Notes under the pieces: generated by a model
Seen by the model: the letters and a program-made list of their open reading frames with translations, nothing else
Told to the model about the DNA's origin: nothing
Databases searched by the model: none
Assembly: GCA_963668625.2 (NCBI GenBank)
Contig: CAXXKA010000006.1
Coordinates: forward strand, 320,001-384,000
Length of the DNA: 64,000 bases
Direction of reading: 5' to 3'
Source: an uncultured candidate division Zixibacteria bacterium
GTDB taxonomy: Bacteria; Zixibacteria; MSB-5A5; UBA10806; 4484-95
Program-made: the position numbers and the translations under genes
In this document: piece by piece, positions 47,486 to 57,701 of the stretch
Layout: each line of letters starts with the position of its first letter
Numbering within the stretch: position 1 is the stretch's first letter

Positions 47486-48706
47486 ATGAAAGAAGAAATC
47501 CAGCGACAATATTCTGAAATCTCTCGCGGTTGCGAGGAGATAATTCAGGAAGAGGAACTTAAAAAGCAAATAGAATGGTCTTTAACCAATAAAAAGCCGC
47601 TTATTATAAAACAGGGATTCGATCCGACTGCTCCCGATATTCATATCGGCCACATGGTTACGATCAGGAAGCTACGGATATTCCAGCAATTGGGACATCA
47701 GGTTGTCTTCCTCATTGGCGATTATACCGGGCTTGTAGGCGATCCCTCCGGCAGGAACTCCGCTCGCAAGAAAATGACCGAGGAAGAGGTTCTCGCCAAT
47801 GCCGAAACATATAAGACTCAAATATTCAAAGTGCTCGATCCGGGAAAAACCGATATCAGGTTTAACTCCGAATGGTTCAAGCAGATGAGTTTCGCCGGCG
47901 TACTCGAGTTGACCTCGCATTACACGGTCGCCAGAATACTCGAGCGTGATGATTTCGAGAAACGCTACAAAGCCGGTAATCCTATTTCGATAATGGAATT
48001 TTTATATCCCCTGATGCAAGGTTACGATTCTGTCGCGCTCCAATCGGATGTCGAAATCGGCGGAACCGATCAAAAATTCAACCTTCTGGTTGGCCGGGCT
48101 CTTCAGGAGCGATATGGCCAGAAACCGCAGATCGTCTTGACCCACCCGCTTTTAGTTGGCACTGATGGCGTGGAGAAGATGTCCAAATCGCTGGGCAACT
48201 ATATCGGCATTAACGAGCCGCCCACGGAGATATTCGGCAAGGCAATGTCTATCCCCGATAGCCAGATAGTTAACTATTTCACCCTGGCTACCGAGGTGGG
48301 CTCCGATCATATCGCCGATATTGATAAGCAGTTGAAAAGCGACAATATCAATCCGATGGTGTTCAAAAAAGAGCTGGCGCGAGAATTGGTTAAGATGTAT
48401 CACGATGAGGCCTCCGCGGTAAAAGCCCAGGAGGATTTCGAAATGAAGTTCTCCAAAAAGGAAATCCCCGATGATATCCCGGAACTGGCGATATCGAGCG
48501 AGGAGCCACTGATATGGATCGTAAATTTGATCGTCCAATCGGGAGTGGCCCAATCGAATAGCCAGGCGATGAGATTGGTAAAAGGCGGGGGAGTGCAGGT
48601 TAATGGAACAAAAGTAACCGATAAAGATTTCAAGGTAATGTTAGCTGAGGAAAATACCGTTAAAATCGGGAAGAAAAACTTTTTCAAGATTGTGTGGAAT
48701 AAGTAA
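47486..48706 (+). CDS. tyrS: Tyrosine--tRNA ligase
   Basis: [27 protein letters not shown]4 domain. Confidence 0.97.
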   Translation: MKEEIQRQYSEISRGCEEIIQEEELKKQIEWSLTNKKPLIIKQGFDPTAPDIHIGHMVTIRKLRIFQQLGHQVVFLIGDYTGLVGDPSGRNSARKKMTEEEVLANAETYKTQIFKVLDPGKTDIRFNSEWFKQMSFAGVLELTSHYTVARILERDDFEKRYKAGNPISIMEFLYPLMQGYDSVALQSDVEIGGTDQKFNLLVGRALQERYGQKPQIVLTHPLLVGTDGVEKMSKSLGNYIGINEPPTEIFGKAMSIPDSQIVNYFTLATEVGSDHIADIDKQLKSDNINPMVFKKELARELVKMYHDEASAVKAQEDFEMKFSKKEIPDDIPELAISSEEPLIWIVNLIVQSGVAQSNSQAMRLVKGGGVQVNGTKVTDKDFKVMLAEENTVKIGKKNFFKIVWNK

Positions 48707-49808
48707 ATGGCTAATCAAATAGATATAAATTTCGACGAGTTACAAGAGCGCCTTCTCAAGCTGCGGGGGTATCTTTGACATCGATATCCTTACAGAAGAT
48801 ATAGCGAAACTGGAAAAGCTCAGTCAGGCCGATGGTTTCTGGAACGATAACCTCAAAGCCCGCGATATCTTAAAAGAGCTTGATCGTAAAAAGAACACGG
48901 TTAATACCTGGACAAAACTTCATAATGATTTAAGCGATCTGCAGGAACTCTCCGAGTTGGCCCGGATCGATAATGATCAGGAGACGCTGCAGGCGGTAAT
49001 CGGTCAGGCGGATGGCTTGATCGCTACTCTCGATAAGTTCGAGTTCAAATCGCTGCTTTCGGGGGAGGATGACGATAAAAACGCCATCCTCGAAATTCAC
49101 CCCGGTGCGGGTGGTACCGAATCACAGGACTGGGCGGAAATGCTTTTACGTATGTACCTTCGTTACGCCGAACAGAGCGGTTTCCAGGCAGAGACGCTCG
49201 ATTATCTTGGCGGTGATGAGGCCGGTATCAAATCGGCTACGATCGAGGTGAAAGGCGATTACGCCTATGGCTATTTGAAAGCCGAATCGGGCGTGCATCG
49301 CCTGGTGCGAATCTCGCCGTTCGATTTCAACAGCCGCCGTCATACTTCGTTTGCCTCGGTGTTCGTAATACCGGAGGTGGATGACAGTATCACTGTCGAA
49401 ATTAACGATGATGATTTGCGTATCGACACCTACCGAGCCTCCGGAGCGGGTGGCCAGCATGTCAATAAAACCTCCTCTGCGGTGCGGATAACTCATATCC
49501 CGACGAATATCGTAGTCCAGTGTCAGACTGAACGTTCGCAGCATAAAAACAAAGACTCAGCTATGAAAATTCTTCGTTCCCGGCTATACCATCACTACCT
49601 GGAGATCGAAAAAGCCAAGCAGGCCAATCGCGAGCCGGATAAAAAGAAAATCGAATGGGGAAGTCAAATACGCTCGTATGTTTTTCATCCTTACAACATG
49701 GTGAAAGACCATCGTACCGATATCGAGACCTCGAATACACAGGCTGTAATGGATGGCGCGATTGATATGTTCATTAACGGCTACCTTTCACATAAAGACA
49801 GCAAGTAA
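48707..49808 (+). CDS. prfB: Peptide chain release factor 2 (programmed +1 frameshift at 48773-48779)
   Basis: ATG 48707; GGGGG-TAT-CTT-TGA-C slippery site; SPF and GGQ motifs in the +1 frame. Confidence 0.96.
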
Positions 49809-49975
49809 GAGTATAACGCACCCGGTAGAAGATGATTATTCAAAAGGATTCGTGGATAATTAATAATATCCGGTAACAAATCGAATTATTCACCGTTAAT
49901 TTAATTGGAAAATCGCTTTAAATTCACGGAGAATTATCCTACAATACCCTGGTATAATCTTTCCGGGAGGACTAG

Positions 49976-50818
49976 ATGAAAAGATATTGTAAGAATTGTC
50001 AAAAGATATCGGAAGCCGAACAGGAGTTGAAATTCTGTTCTCATTGCGGAACGCCTTTCGAGCCAATTGGCGAACCTGAGGATAAGCCGGTTTCGAATAT
50101 GCCGCCGGTGATACCTATGGCACAGGCTCAGAGTGCGGGTGGAACCGCTCGGGAGGAAAAGTATTGCGCCTGGGAGGATAAAGCTCATCTCGGATTTTTC
50201 GGCGCCCTGTATGAGACATGGAGGGAGTCGTTGTTCAATACGACCAGGTTCTTCCGCAGGATGCCAACAACGGCAGGAATCGGAAACCCTCTTTTTTACG
50301 CGATTATCCTGGGTATGGTTGGCGTCGTGTTTTCAATAATGTACCAACAATTCTGGGGCAATTTACTCAATATGGCCGACTGGTATGAGGAATTCGGTTA
50401 CGCCATGGACCCGGATTTGTACGATCTCTCGCAGTTTTCCTCACAGATGCAGTCTGCCAGCATGTTGTTTAAACTGGTGCTCTCACCGGTTTTTATCATT
50501 ATTACACTCTTTATCACCGCCGGAATTGCTCATTTGGTTTTGTTAATATTCGGCTGGTCTAAAACAGGTTTTGAGGGCACTTTCAGGGTGTTCGGCTATA
50601 GCTATAGCGCCGTCTTTTTTGAAATCATACCGTTGTTTGGCGGTCTGGTTACATTAGTATGGTCTATCATAATGTATGTAATCGGGCTTAGAGAAATTCA
50701 CCGGATATCCACGGGGAAAGCGATACTGGTAGTTATTGTCCCGATTACCCTGGTTTGTTTATGCTGTTGCGGGCTAGTGATTTCGATTATGAGTATGGCA
50801 GGATTTTCTAATTTCTGA
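49976..50818 (+). CDS. YIP1-family membrane protein with N-terminal zinc ribbon
   Basis: CxxC..CxxCG N-terminus, WE motif, ~5 TMs. Confidence 0.7.
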   Translation: MKRYCKNCQKISEAEQELKFCSHCGTPFEPIGEPEDKPVSNMPPVIPMAQAQSAGGTAREEKYCAWEDKAHLGFFGALYETWRESLFNTTRFFRRMPTTAGIGNPLFYAIILGMVGVVFSIMYQQFWGNLLNMADWYEEFGYAMDPDLYDLSQFSSQMQSASMLFKLVLSPVFIIITLFITAGIAHLVLLIFGWSKTGFEGTFRVFGYSYSAVFFEIIPLFGGLVTLVWSIIMYVIGLREIHRISTGKAILVVIVPITLVCLCCCGLVISIMSMAGFSNF

Positions 50819-51210
50819 TGAAATTCAAACTGGTTAGAGGAAAACATCCTCTTTCGATACACTTTGTCTGGATGTTTATCCTGATCGGTCTTTTAGGAAT
50901 TACTCGTTTTATACCTCTTAATAAATGTCCTTTTCATGCGATAACCGGTTATCCTTGTTTAAGTTGCGGGGCCACAAGGGCGGCAGAGGCGTTTTTAGCA
51001 GGTGATTTTATTGGCATGATTGCATTTAATCCTCTCATCGTGCTGTTTTGTATAGGTTTGTTTTTTTTCTCGCTTTTTAAACTCGTGGAGTTTATATTTC
51101 AGTTTCGCATTATTATGCGAATGAGTAGTAATTACGCGTTGGCGGTAAGATTACTGGCTGTGATTGCCGTGATCGCCAACTGGGCTTTTCTTATTGTGAT
51201 GGAACGATGA
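50818..51210 (+). CDS. DUF2752-like membrane protein
   Basis: CPFHAITGYPCLSCGATRA..NPL. Confidence 0.8.
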   Translation: MKFKLVRGKHPLSIHFVWMFILIGLLGITRFIPLNKCPFHAITGYPCLSCGATRAAEAFLAGDFIGMIAFNPLIVLFCIGLFFFSLFKLVEFIFQFRIIMRMSSNYALAVRLLAVIAVIANWAFLIVMER

Positions 51211-51659
51211 AAGTATTTCTTGCCGGGATTATTCAGGGATCGAAAAAAAGCGAGACCGTTCATTCCCAAAATTACAGACCGAGATTAAAATCCCTTCTTA
51301 AATCAAAATACGATGGTATCGAGTTGGTCGATCCTGTCGATGGTCATGAACAATCGATCGATTATGATGATGCTATGGCCGCCAAAGTGTTCTGGGGCCA
51401 TATCGATTTGATTGCCTCCTGTGATTTGCTGATCGCGTTTTTGCCGGAGGCTTCGATGGGGACTGCGGTCGAAATGACCGAGGCGTACCAGAGAAAAATT
51501 CCCATAATTACCGTTTCCCCGATGTCGATAAACTGGGTGATTCGCCTCCTCTCCTGGAAAAATTTTGAAACTGTCGAGGAATTCGAGAAGTTTTTGGAAA
51601 ATAACGACATTGAAGAAATAGTCTCTGAATATAGAGTCAGTGTAGAGGAGAAGGTTTAA
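51207..51659 (+). CDS. Nucleoside 2-deoxyribosyltransferase-like protein
   Basis: KVFLAG, CDLLIAFL, SMGTAVEM. Confidence 0.6.
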   Translation: MKVFLAGIIQGSKKSETVHSQNYRPRLKSLLKSKYDGIELVDPVDGHEQSIDYDDAMAAKVFWGHIDLIASCDLLIAFLPEASMGTAVEMTEAYQRKIPIITVSPMSINWVIRLLSWKNFETVEEFEKFLENNDIEEIVSEYRVSVEEKV

Positions 51660-51958
51660 TGCCTACTTATCAATATAGATGCGAAAAATGCGGCTACGAA
51701 TTCGAGGAGTTCCAGTCGATGAGCGATGAACCTATCGATAAGTGCCCCGAATGCAGCGGACATGTTAAAAGACTGATATCAGGGGGGGCAGGATTCCTGT
51801 TTAAAGGTTCGGGTTTCTATGCCACCGACTATCGCTCTGACAGCTACAAGAAAGCTGCCGAGATGGATAAACCCTCACCGGTTTCATCGAGTAAATCATC
51901 GAGCGATAAAAAGAGCGACTCGAAACCTAAAAAGGATAACGTCAAAAAATCCGCCTGA
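51659..51958 (+). CDS. FmdB-family zinc-ribbon protein
   Basis: MPTYQYRCEKCG..CPEC..FKGSGFYATDY. Confidence 0.9.
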   Translation: MPTYQYRCEKCGYEFEEFQSMSDEPIDKCPECSGHVKRLISGGAGFLFKGSGFYATDYRSDSYKKAAEMDKPSPVSSSKSSSDKKSDSKPKKDNVKKSA

Positions 51959-51984
51959 TTACAATCGAGAATTTCGGAAATAAA

Positions 51985-52015
51985 AAAGCCAGGTATCGCA
52001 AAGATATCTGGCTTT
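51985..52015. terminator. Bidirectional terminator
   Basis: AAAGCCAGGTATC-GCAAA-GATATCTGGCTTT between convergent genes. Confidence 0.7.
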
Positions 52016-52036
52016 AAGCTTTTTATGGCAATCGTT

Positions 52037-52588
52037 TTATTTCTTGATCGTGATTTTCGATCCTATGAATTCCGAGTCGACCTCCTGGCCGTTCTGATCC
52101 CACATCGAGAATACGAAACTGATATGCGGATGGGGTATCATGCCGCGAGTCAATTCAACAACGCCTTCGGGACAATCCTTGGGAGCGGTGAAGAACAATG
52201 TAGCTAACAGGCCATCACCCGGCAACAACGGATCGACATACACATCCGGGTCGATCGTGGCTATAAAAGCGAAATACGCTACCTTGTCGTCTTTCTCGGT
52301 TTGGGGAAGTTTGATATCGTCGAAACCGAAATATTCCATGCGGCTGTCGGCAAACGAGATCGAATCACACCAGAGATCGATGTTCTCATGACGGAAAAAG
52401 ATCGGTACCTGACAACCCGCCAGCGAATCGACCGAGAATACTTTTACTTTTACGGCAAAATGATCGCCGGGCTTGGCGGTAACTTCATCGACATAAACCG
52501 TATTGGTTTCGAATTTGGGATCGTCAGCCAGTGCAGATGCTGAAAAAAATAAGCAAGTAAACAGGCAGAAAAGTACTATGTTTCTCAC
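52037..52588 (-). CDS. Secreted protein, cohesin-like beta-sandwich
   Basis: AAGGAGG RBS before GTG at 52588; signal peptide; V.A.PGD.F.V.V and LL.G.GLLATLFF patterns. Confidence 0.5.
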   Translation of the reverse strand: MRNIVLFCLFTCLFFSASALADDPKFETNTVYVDEVTAKPGDHFAVKVKVFSVDSLAGCQVPIFFRHENIDLWCDSISFADSRMEYFGFDDIKLPQTEKDDKVAYFAFIATIDPDVYVDPLLPGDGLLATLFFTAPKDCPEGVVELTRGMIPHPHISFVFSMWDQNGQEVDSEFIGSKITIKK

Positions 52589-52716
52589 AAAACCTCCTTT
52601 GGTAGATGCCATCATGAGATTTAACATCCACAGCTAGTCTTTGTTCCAGTATTTATAAGATATTATCGGATATCGAGAATGCAAGTATAATTTTGTAAAT
52701 ATAATATTGAAATAGC

Positions 52717-53769
52717 TCACCGCACTTGTTTTATTCTGCTGCCTGCAAGCTGACCGCAGGCGGCGGCTATATCAACACCTTTGGATTTACGCACGGTTAC
52801 CGCCGGAGTTCTGGGGTAGAGATAGTCGCGAAATGATTCCACCACCCTGTCTCCGGGACGGCGGTAGGGTATACCCTTAACGGGATTATAAACGATCAGG
52901 TTTATCTTGCAGGGAATACCGCGAACGTAGTCGGCGAGCGCTTTAGCATCACCGATACCATCATTAATGCCATCAATGAGCAGGTATTCGAAAGTTACCC
53001 TGTTATCGGAGGCTTTCGCGAAATGTATTGCCGCTTGTTTAAGCTTATCGAGAGGATATTTTGCGGCTATCGGTATGAGCTTCCGCCGTTTGCCATCGAT
53101 TGCCGAATGTAGCGAGATCGCCAGGTTCACTCGCGGGTTGTCCTCGGCCAGACGATAAATACCGTTTACCAGGCCGACTGTCGAGATCGTTATCTTGCGT
53201 GCCGCCACTCCTGCGCCCAGTTGATTGGTCAGAATATCGGTGGCGTCTAGCAGGTTATCATAATTCAAAAACGGCTCTCCCATGCCCATGAATACGATAT
53301 TCGTGATTCGTTTGTTTTCAGGCAAACTCAATGCGCTCAGAAGGTACTGGTCGTAAATCTCACCGGGATTCAGGTGACGATTAAACCCCATCTTGCCGGT
53401 AGCGCAAAAACTACAGCCTAATGGACAACCTGCCTGCGAGGACATGCATAATGTCAACCGGCCGTCATCGGGGATTAGCACTGACTCGATGAATAAACCA
53501 TCATGGGTTTGCCAGAGCGATTTCACGGTGCCGTCCCGTGATGACACTCGCTCAGCCTCGATGAGTTTACCTATCACACATCTGGATTCGAGCAGGGCGC
53601 GAAAATCCTTGGCTAAATCAGTCATATTGGCAAAGTTATCGCAGCCGTGACGGAACACCCATTTATACAATTGACGACCGCTAAATGGTTTTTTGCCCAG
53701 ATTCACCGCGAGTTCTTCCATCCCGGCAAGTGGCAGGTTTTTCAGATTGATTTTATTATCAGCTTTCAT
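52717..53769 (-). CDS. rlmN: Dual-specificity RNA methyltransferase RlmN
   Basis: C.SSQAGCPLGCSFCATG, MGMGEP, AACGQL. Confidence 0.96.
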   Translation of the reverse strand: MKADNKINLKNLPLAGMEELAVNLGKKPFSGRQLYKWVFRHGCDNFANMTDLAKDFRALLESRCVIGKLIEAERVSSRDGTVKSLWQTHDGLFIESVLIPDDGRLTLCMSSQAGCPLGCSFCATGKMGFNRHLNPGEIYDQYLLSALSLPENKRITNIVFMGMGEPFLNYDNLLDATDILTNQLGAGVAARKITISTVGLVNGIYRLAEDNPRVNLAISLHSAIDGKRRKLIPIAAKYPLDKLKQAAIHFAKASDNRVTFEYLLIDGINDGIGDAKALADYVRGIPCKINLIVYNPVKGIPYRRPGDRVVESFRDYLYPRTPAVTVRKSKGVDIAAACGQLAGSRIKQVR

Positions 53770-53934
53770 GATATGACAATATACCCGGCGAGTTAAAACA
53801 ATCAACATGAAAAAGTAAAACGGTTAAGGTGAAAAAATAATCTGCGGTCTGCCGCATTCCTCAGGATAGAAGGAACCTCATCCTGAAGCTAAAATATCAC
53901 TTGCAATAAAAAATAAAACTTGCTAACCTGAAAT

Positions 53935-54732
53935 ATGCTAGTTAGTTTCGTACAGTTACGCCCGGAGTTTGGCAACAAACCCGCTAATATCGATAAAGCC
54001 ATCTCGCTGATGGAGTCCAAACCGGCCGAGTTATACGTATTGCCGGAATTGTTCAATTCAGGCTATGTTTTCACCTCCGCCGAGGAACTCGATAATCTGG
54101 CCGAAACCGCCGGGGACGGCGTTACATTCAAGATTATAAGGGATTTCGCCCAAAAGCATAAATGTGCGGTTATTTACGGTTTCCCGGAAAAGGCGGCCGA
54201 GGGCAATTACAACTCCTCGATATTCATCGATTACCATGGAAAGTTTCGAGTCTATCGGAAATTGCATCTTTTTTACGAGGAAAACCTGTATTTCAAACCG
54301 GGTAATTTTCAACTTGAAACAGTCGATTACAACGGCGCAAAATTGGGTATGATGATCTGCTATGATTGGATTTACCCGGAGGTCGCCAGGATTTTGGCAT
54401 TAAAAGGCGCGCAAATCATATGTCACTGTGTTAATTTAGTCATGCCCTACTGTCAGGAGGCAATGAAAACCAGATCAATAGAGAACCGGGTTTTCACCAT
54501 AACCGCCAACCGGATAGGCGAGGAAAAGCGCGGTGAAAAGGGTTTTACGTTCACCGGGCAAAGCCAGATCACCGATTGTGCGGGAAATGTTCTATATCGT
54601 GCAGATGTGAATAAAGAAGAAATATTCGTTGCCGATATAAACATTGAGGATGCAAAAGACAAAAAGGTGAATAACTTTAACAGCTTATGGGATGACCGAC
54701 GTACCGAGTATTACAAGCGTCTGGGGGAATAG
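53935..54732 (+). CDS. Carbon-nitrogen hydrolase (nitrilase superfamily)
   Basis: LPELF, YRKLHLF, ICYDW catalytic triad motifs. Confidence 0.9.
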   Translation: MLVSFVQLRPEFGNKPANIDKAISLMESKPAELYVLPELFNSGYVFTSAEELDNLAETAGDGVTFKIIRDFAQKHKCAVIYGFPEKAAEGNYNSSIFIDYHGKFRVYRKLHLFYEENLYFKPGNFQLETVDYNGAKLGMMICYDWIYPEVARILALKGAQIICHCVNLVMPYCQEAMKTRSIENRVFTITANRIGEEKRGEKGFTFTGQSQITDCAGNVLYRADVNKEEIFVADINIEDAKDKKVNNFNSLWDDRRTEYYKRLGE

Positions 54733-55116
54733 ATGCCAATATCGAATAAAGTTTTAGTAATTGATGATGAACCTGAGATAACCGAAATCATCCAGGCTTT
54801 TCTCTCCAATGCCGGCTATCAGGTTGAGATCGAAAACTCATCCGTTGAGGGCCTGGCCAAAGCGAAGGTATTTGGGCCGGATGTTATTCTTCTGGATATT
54901 ATGATGCCGGTTATGGACGGTTACGAAGTTTGCGCGCAATTGAAAAAAGATCCGCAGACGGCGCAGATACCGGTACTATTTCTAACCGGTAAGGATGCCA
55001 AAGATGATGCCGGGATGTCATTCCAATCCGGCGGCGATTTGTTCATCAAGAAGCCGTTTTCCTGCGAACGTTTGCTCAACATGGTGAAGATGGTTTTAAT
55101 CTCGATCAACAAATAG
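54733..55116 (+). CDS. Single-domain response regulator
   Basis: VIDDE, LLDIMMPVMDG, KPF. Confidence 0.92.
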   Translation: MPISNKVLVIDDEPEITEIIQAFLSNAGYQVEIENSSVEGLAKAKVFGPDVILLDIMMPVMDGYEVCAQLKKDPQTAQIPVLFLTGKDAKDDAGMSFQSGGDLFIKKPFSCERLLNMVKMVLISINK

Positions 55117-55141
55117 TACTGTATATCGATAAGAAAATTTT

Positions 55142-55167
55142 AAGCTCGCCAATGGCGGGCTTTTTTT
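55142..55167 (+). terminator. Intrinsic terminator
   Basis: AAGCTCGCC-AAT-GGCGGGCTT plus T-tract. Confidence 0.8.
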
Positions 55168-55186
55168 ATGCCTGAAATGGGGGGCC

Positions 55187-55671
55187 GTAGGTCAGGAGCC
55201 GTGGATCCTGACAAAGGGGAAAGGACCATAAATACAATATGATAGATTACCCATCGTTACGAAGAGCCGCTTCGTGACGATGTTCAATCGCGGTAGTATT
55301 GTTTAATCGGATTACTATATGCCGGCAAGGTTACTAAATATTTGTTGCTAATGACTTACAGATTGCTTTGTCCGCTTCACTACCTCGCAATGACATCAAT
55401 AATGACTTTTTCAACAATCCCAGCGCTTAATAACCAGGGTAATATATCGATACCCCACCCAACAGGGTTGTTGAAAAAGTCCAAATTAAGTAGTTGCGGT
55501 GTCAGGAATCTTTTCCTGACACCTGTTACATGCGGGATGTCGCCGGGAAGGGATTCCCAGCGACACATGAAATTAACTCCACAATGCTATATGATGATCT
55601 TAATATTCGGTAGCATTGGGTGGTGAATCTCTCCCGCTCCACTCCCCGGGCGTATGTCGATACGCCCCTAC
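55187..55671. repeat. Cluster of REP-like palindromes and MITE fragments
   Basis: GTAG-led hairpins at 55187 (+) and 55648-55671 (-); 13-bp hairpin 55252-55282; TIR ends at 55404-55421 and 55465-55481. Confidence 0.6.
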
Positions 55672-55702
55672 GGCCAGTATTCTAACAGTCTCTCACCTGT
55701 TA

Positions 55703-55850
55703 GGGGTTGTTGAAAAAGTCATCGTTTTATACCTGAGGTGTTAGGAGTTTTTTCCTGACACCTGATTTCATGTGGGATGTCGCCGGGAGAGGATGAACAA
55801 AGGACTTCGTATGCCCAGCGACGCGTGGAATAGATTTTTTAAACAATCCC
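55703..55850. mobile_element. MITE with terminal inverted repeats
   Basis: GGGGTTGTTGAAAAAGTC ... GATTTTTTAAACAATCCC; internal sequence shared with copies at 55465 and 57387. Confidence 0.65.
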
Positions 55851-55905
55851 TAACATGCGGGTAAATTAACAACCAGGGGGCTCCCGGACTTTTTTTTATT
55901 ACCGC

Positions 55906-55934
55906 TTGACCTTATCACGACCTGTCATTATAAT
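55906..55934 (+). promoter_or_regulatory. Sigma70 promoter, probably giving a leaderless mRNA
   Basis: TTGACC-17 bp-TATAAT, ATG 7 nt downstream. Confidence 0.7.
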
Positions 55935-55941
55935 CGTTGCG

Positions 55942-56685
55942 ATGAAAAAGACATTTGTACTCGCCTTCATTCTTATAAGTCTTTGCACATTCGCACTTGC
56001 CGATGATTTGCCCCGACCTGTCGGCTATGTCAACGATTTCGCCGGTATCATAAAATCCAACTACAAACAACAGATCGAATCGGCCTGTGCCTCGATCGAG
56101 CGCAGTACCGGTGTCGAGATATCGGTAATCACCATAAAAAATCTGGATGGATCCACAGTCGAGGATAAAGCTATGCAATTTCTCACCGGCTGGGGAGTCG
56201 GTAAAAGCGGCAAGGATAACGGCGTAGTTGTACTCGTAGCCTACGAGGAGCGGAGAATGAGAATAGAGACCGGTTACGGCATGGAGGGCGATTTGCCCGA
56301 TGGTTTAGCCGGTGAGATTATTCGTTACGATATAGTGCCCCGGTTCAAACAGGATGACTACGGTGGCGGTTTGCTTGCGGCCGTTTATAAAATCGGCAAA
56401 ATAGCCGGTGGCGATATTGTCGCCTATCCCAAATCGAGGCGTAGAAAACCTACCGGCAGTAACGGTATATTCATCGTTTTCATGATTATATTTTTTGTTT
56501 TATCGATGTTTGGCCGTCGCAGAGGTGGTGGCGGCGCTTTAGGCCTTCTGTGGCTTATAACCGGCATGAGTATAGGGCGATCCTCGCGCGGCGGATTTTC
56601 CGGTGGAAGTTCCGGTGGTTTCGGCGGTTTCGGTGGATTTGGCGGCGGCATGGGCGGTGGCGGTGGCGCCTCCGGTGGCTGGTAG
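55942..56685 (+). CDS. TPM domain (YgcG-like) membrane protein
   Basis: YVNDFAG, WGVGK..DNGV, RIETGYGMEG.LPD, Gly-rich tail. Confidence 0.92.
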   Translation: MKKTFVLAFILISLCTFALADDLPRPVGYVNDFAGIIKSNYKQQIESACASIERSTGVEISVITIKNLDGSTVEDKAMQFLTGWGVGKSGKDNGVVVLVAYEERRMRIETGYGMEGDLPDGLAGEIIRYDIVPRFKQDDYGGGLLAAVYKIGKIAGGDIVAYPKSRRRKPTGSNGIFIVFMIIFFVLSMFGRRRGGGGALGLLWLITGMSIGRSSRGGFSGGSSGGFGGFGGFGGGMGGGGGASGGW

Positions 56686-56755
56686 AAAATAAATCAAAAT
56701 TTTTTGCAACTTTTATGGTGCATTGCACGATAATATACTTAAGGAGAGCAATGCG

Positions 56756-57343
56756 GTGAAATTAATCAAGCGATATAAAAACAGGCGATTGTACGATACC
56801 GACCTGAAAAAGACTATCAAACTGGAGGATGTGAGAAGGTATGTCGATGACGGCGTTGAGGTGAAAGTTATAGATAACACTACAGGCAGGGATATCACCG
56901 TGCAAACGCTGGTAACAGTGCTTTCCACCACGACCTCAGATAAACAATCACTGGATAGAAATAAAAGTATATTACAACAATTAATAGATGAGAGAGGAGC
57001 CGGGGTTATGGATGCTATGAAAAAACTTATGCTGGCCGGTATAGGCGCGATTAATCTTTCGCGCGAGAAAGCCGAGGAGATTTTCGATGAGCTGGTTAAA
57101 AAAGGCGAGATGACCAGCGACGAGAAATCGGCGGCTATGAAGAAGATGGCCGATAAGATAGACGAGAAAACGGACAGGTTTAAAGAGAAAACCGACAAGT
57201 TCAAAAACAAAGTCGAAACTAAAGTCTCCGAGACTATCGAGAAAGTCAATGTCAGCGGCCGGGTGGATGAGCTAAATCGCAAAGTCGATGAGCTATCGGC
57301 TAAGCTGGAAGAGCTAACGCGAAAGCTGGCCGAGAAAGAATAG
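56756..57343 (+). CDS. PhaR-like DNA-binding domain fused to a phasin-like (PhaI/PhaF-type) domain
   Basis: IKRYKNRRLYDT..V.VIDNTTGRDIT N-domain; KKLMLAGIGA..EKAEEIFDELVKKGE C-domain; AAGGAG RBS before GTG. Confidence 0.8.
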   Translation: MKLIKRYKNRRLYDTDLKKTIKLEDVRRYVDDGVEVKVIDNTTGRDITVQTLVTVLSTTTSDKQSLDRNKSILQQLIDERGAGVMDAMKKLMLAGIGAINLSREKAEEIFDELVKKGEMTSDEKSAAMKKMADKIDEKTDRFKEKTDKFKNKVETKVSETIEKVNVSGRVDELNRKVDELSAKLEELTRKLAEKE

Positions 57344-57386
57344 ACACATCCCGAAAGCTATAAAACATTCTGTTATTCCTACGAAA

Positions 57387-57525
57387 GGAATTGTTGAAAA
57401 AGCCTGCTGTTGTGGCAGAAATCCATTCTTGCCATCTGAATTCATGCAGTATGTCGCCGGGAAAGGATGAACAAAGGACTCCGTCCGCCCAGTGATTCGT
57501 GATGCGGTTTTTTTCAGCAAAACCC
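57387..57525. mobile_element. MITE copy with GAAA target-site duplication
   Basis: GGAATTGTTGAAAAAGCC...GGTTTTTTTCAGCAAAACCC flanked by GAAA/GAAA. Confidence 0.6.
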
Positions 57526-57701
57526 GAAAGTAGGAATCTCGAATAATTACTAGACAGGCTACCAGGTCCTCGTTTTTACGGGTATGATAATGCCTTTACC
57601 GCCGTTTCGTAAAGCGCCCGGTAATCGAAGAAAGACCGACAAGGAGGAACCCTCAATATCCATTCAAGATAATATTTCACTACTGTCCGGTCTTTTCATC
57701 T

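Noticed and set aside
55342-55626. 94-aa ORF and antisense 55380-55568
   Set aside because: Runs through repeat/MITE sequence with no protein features.
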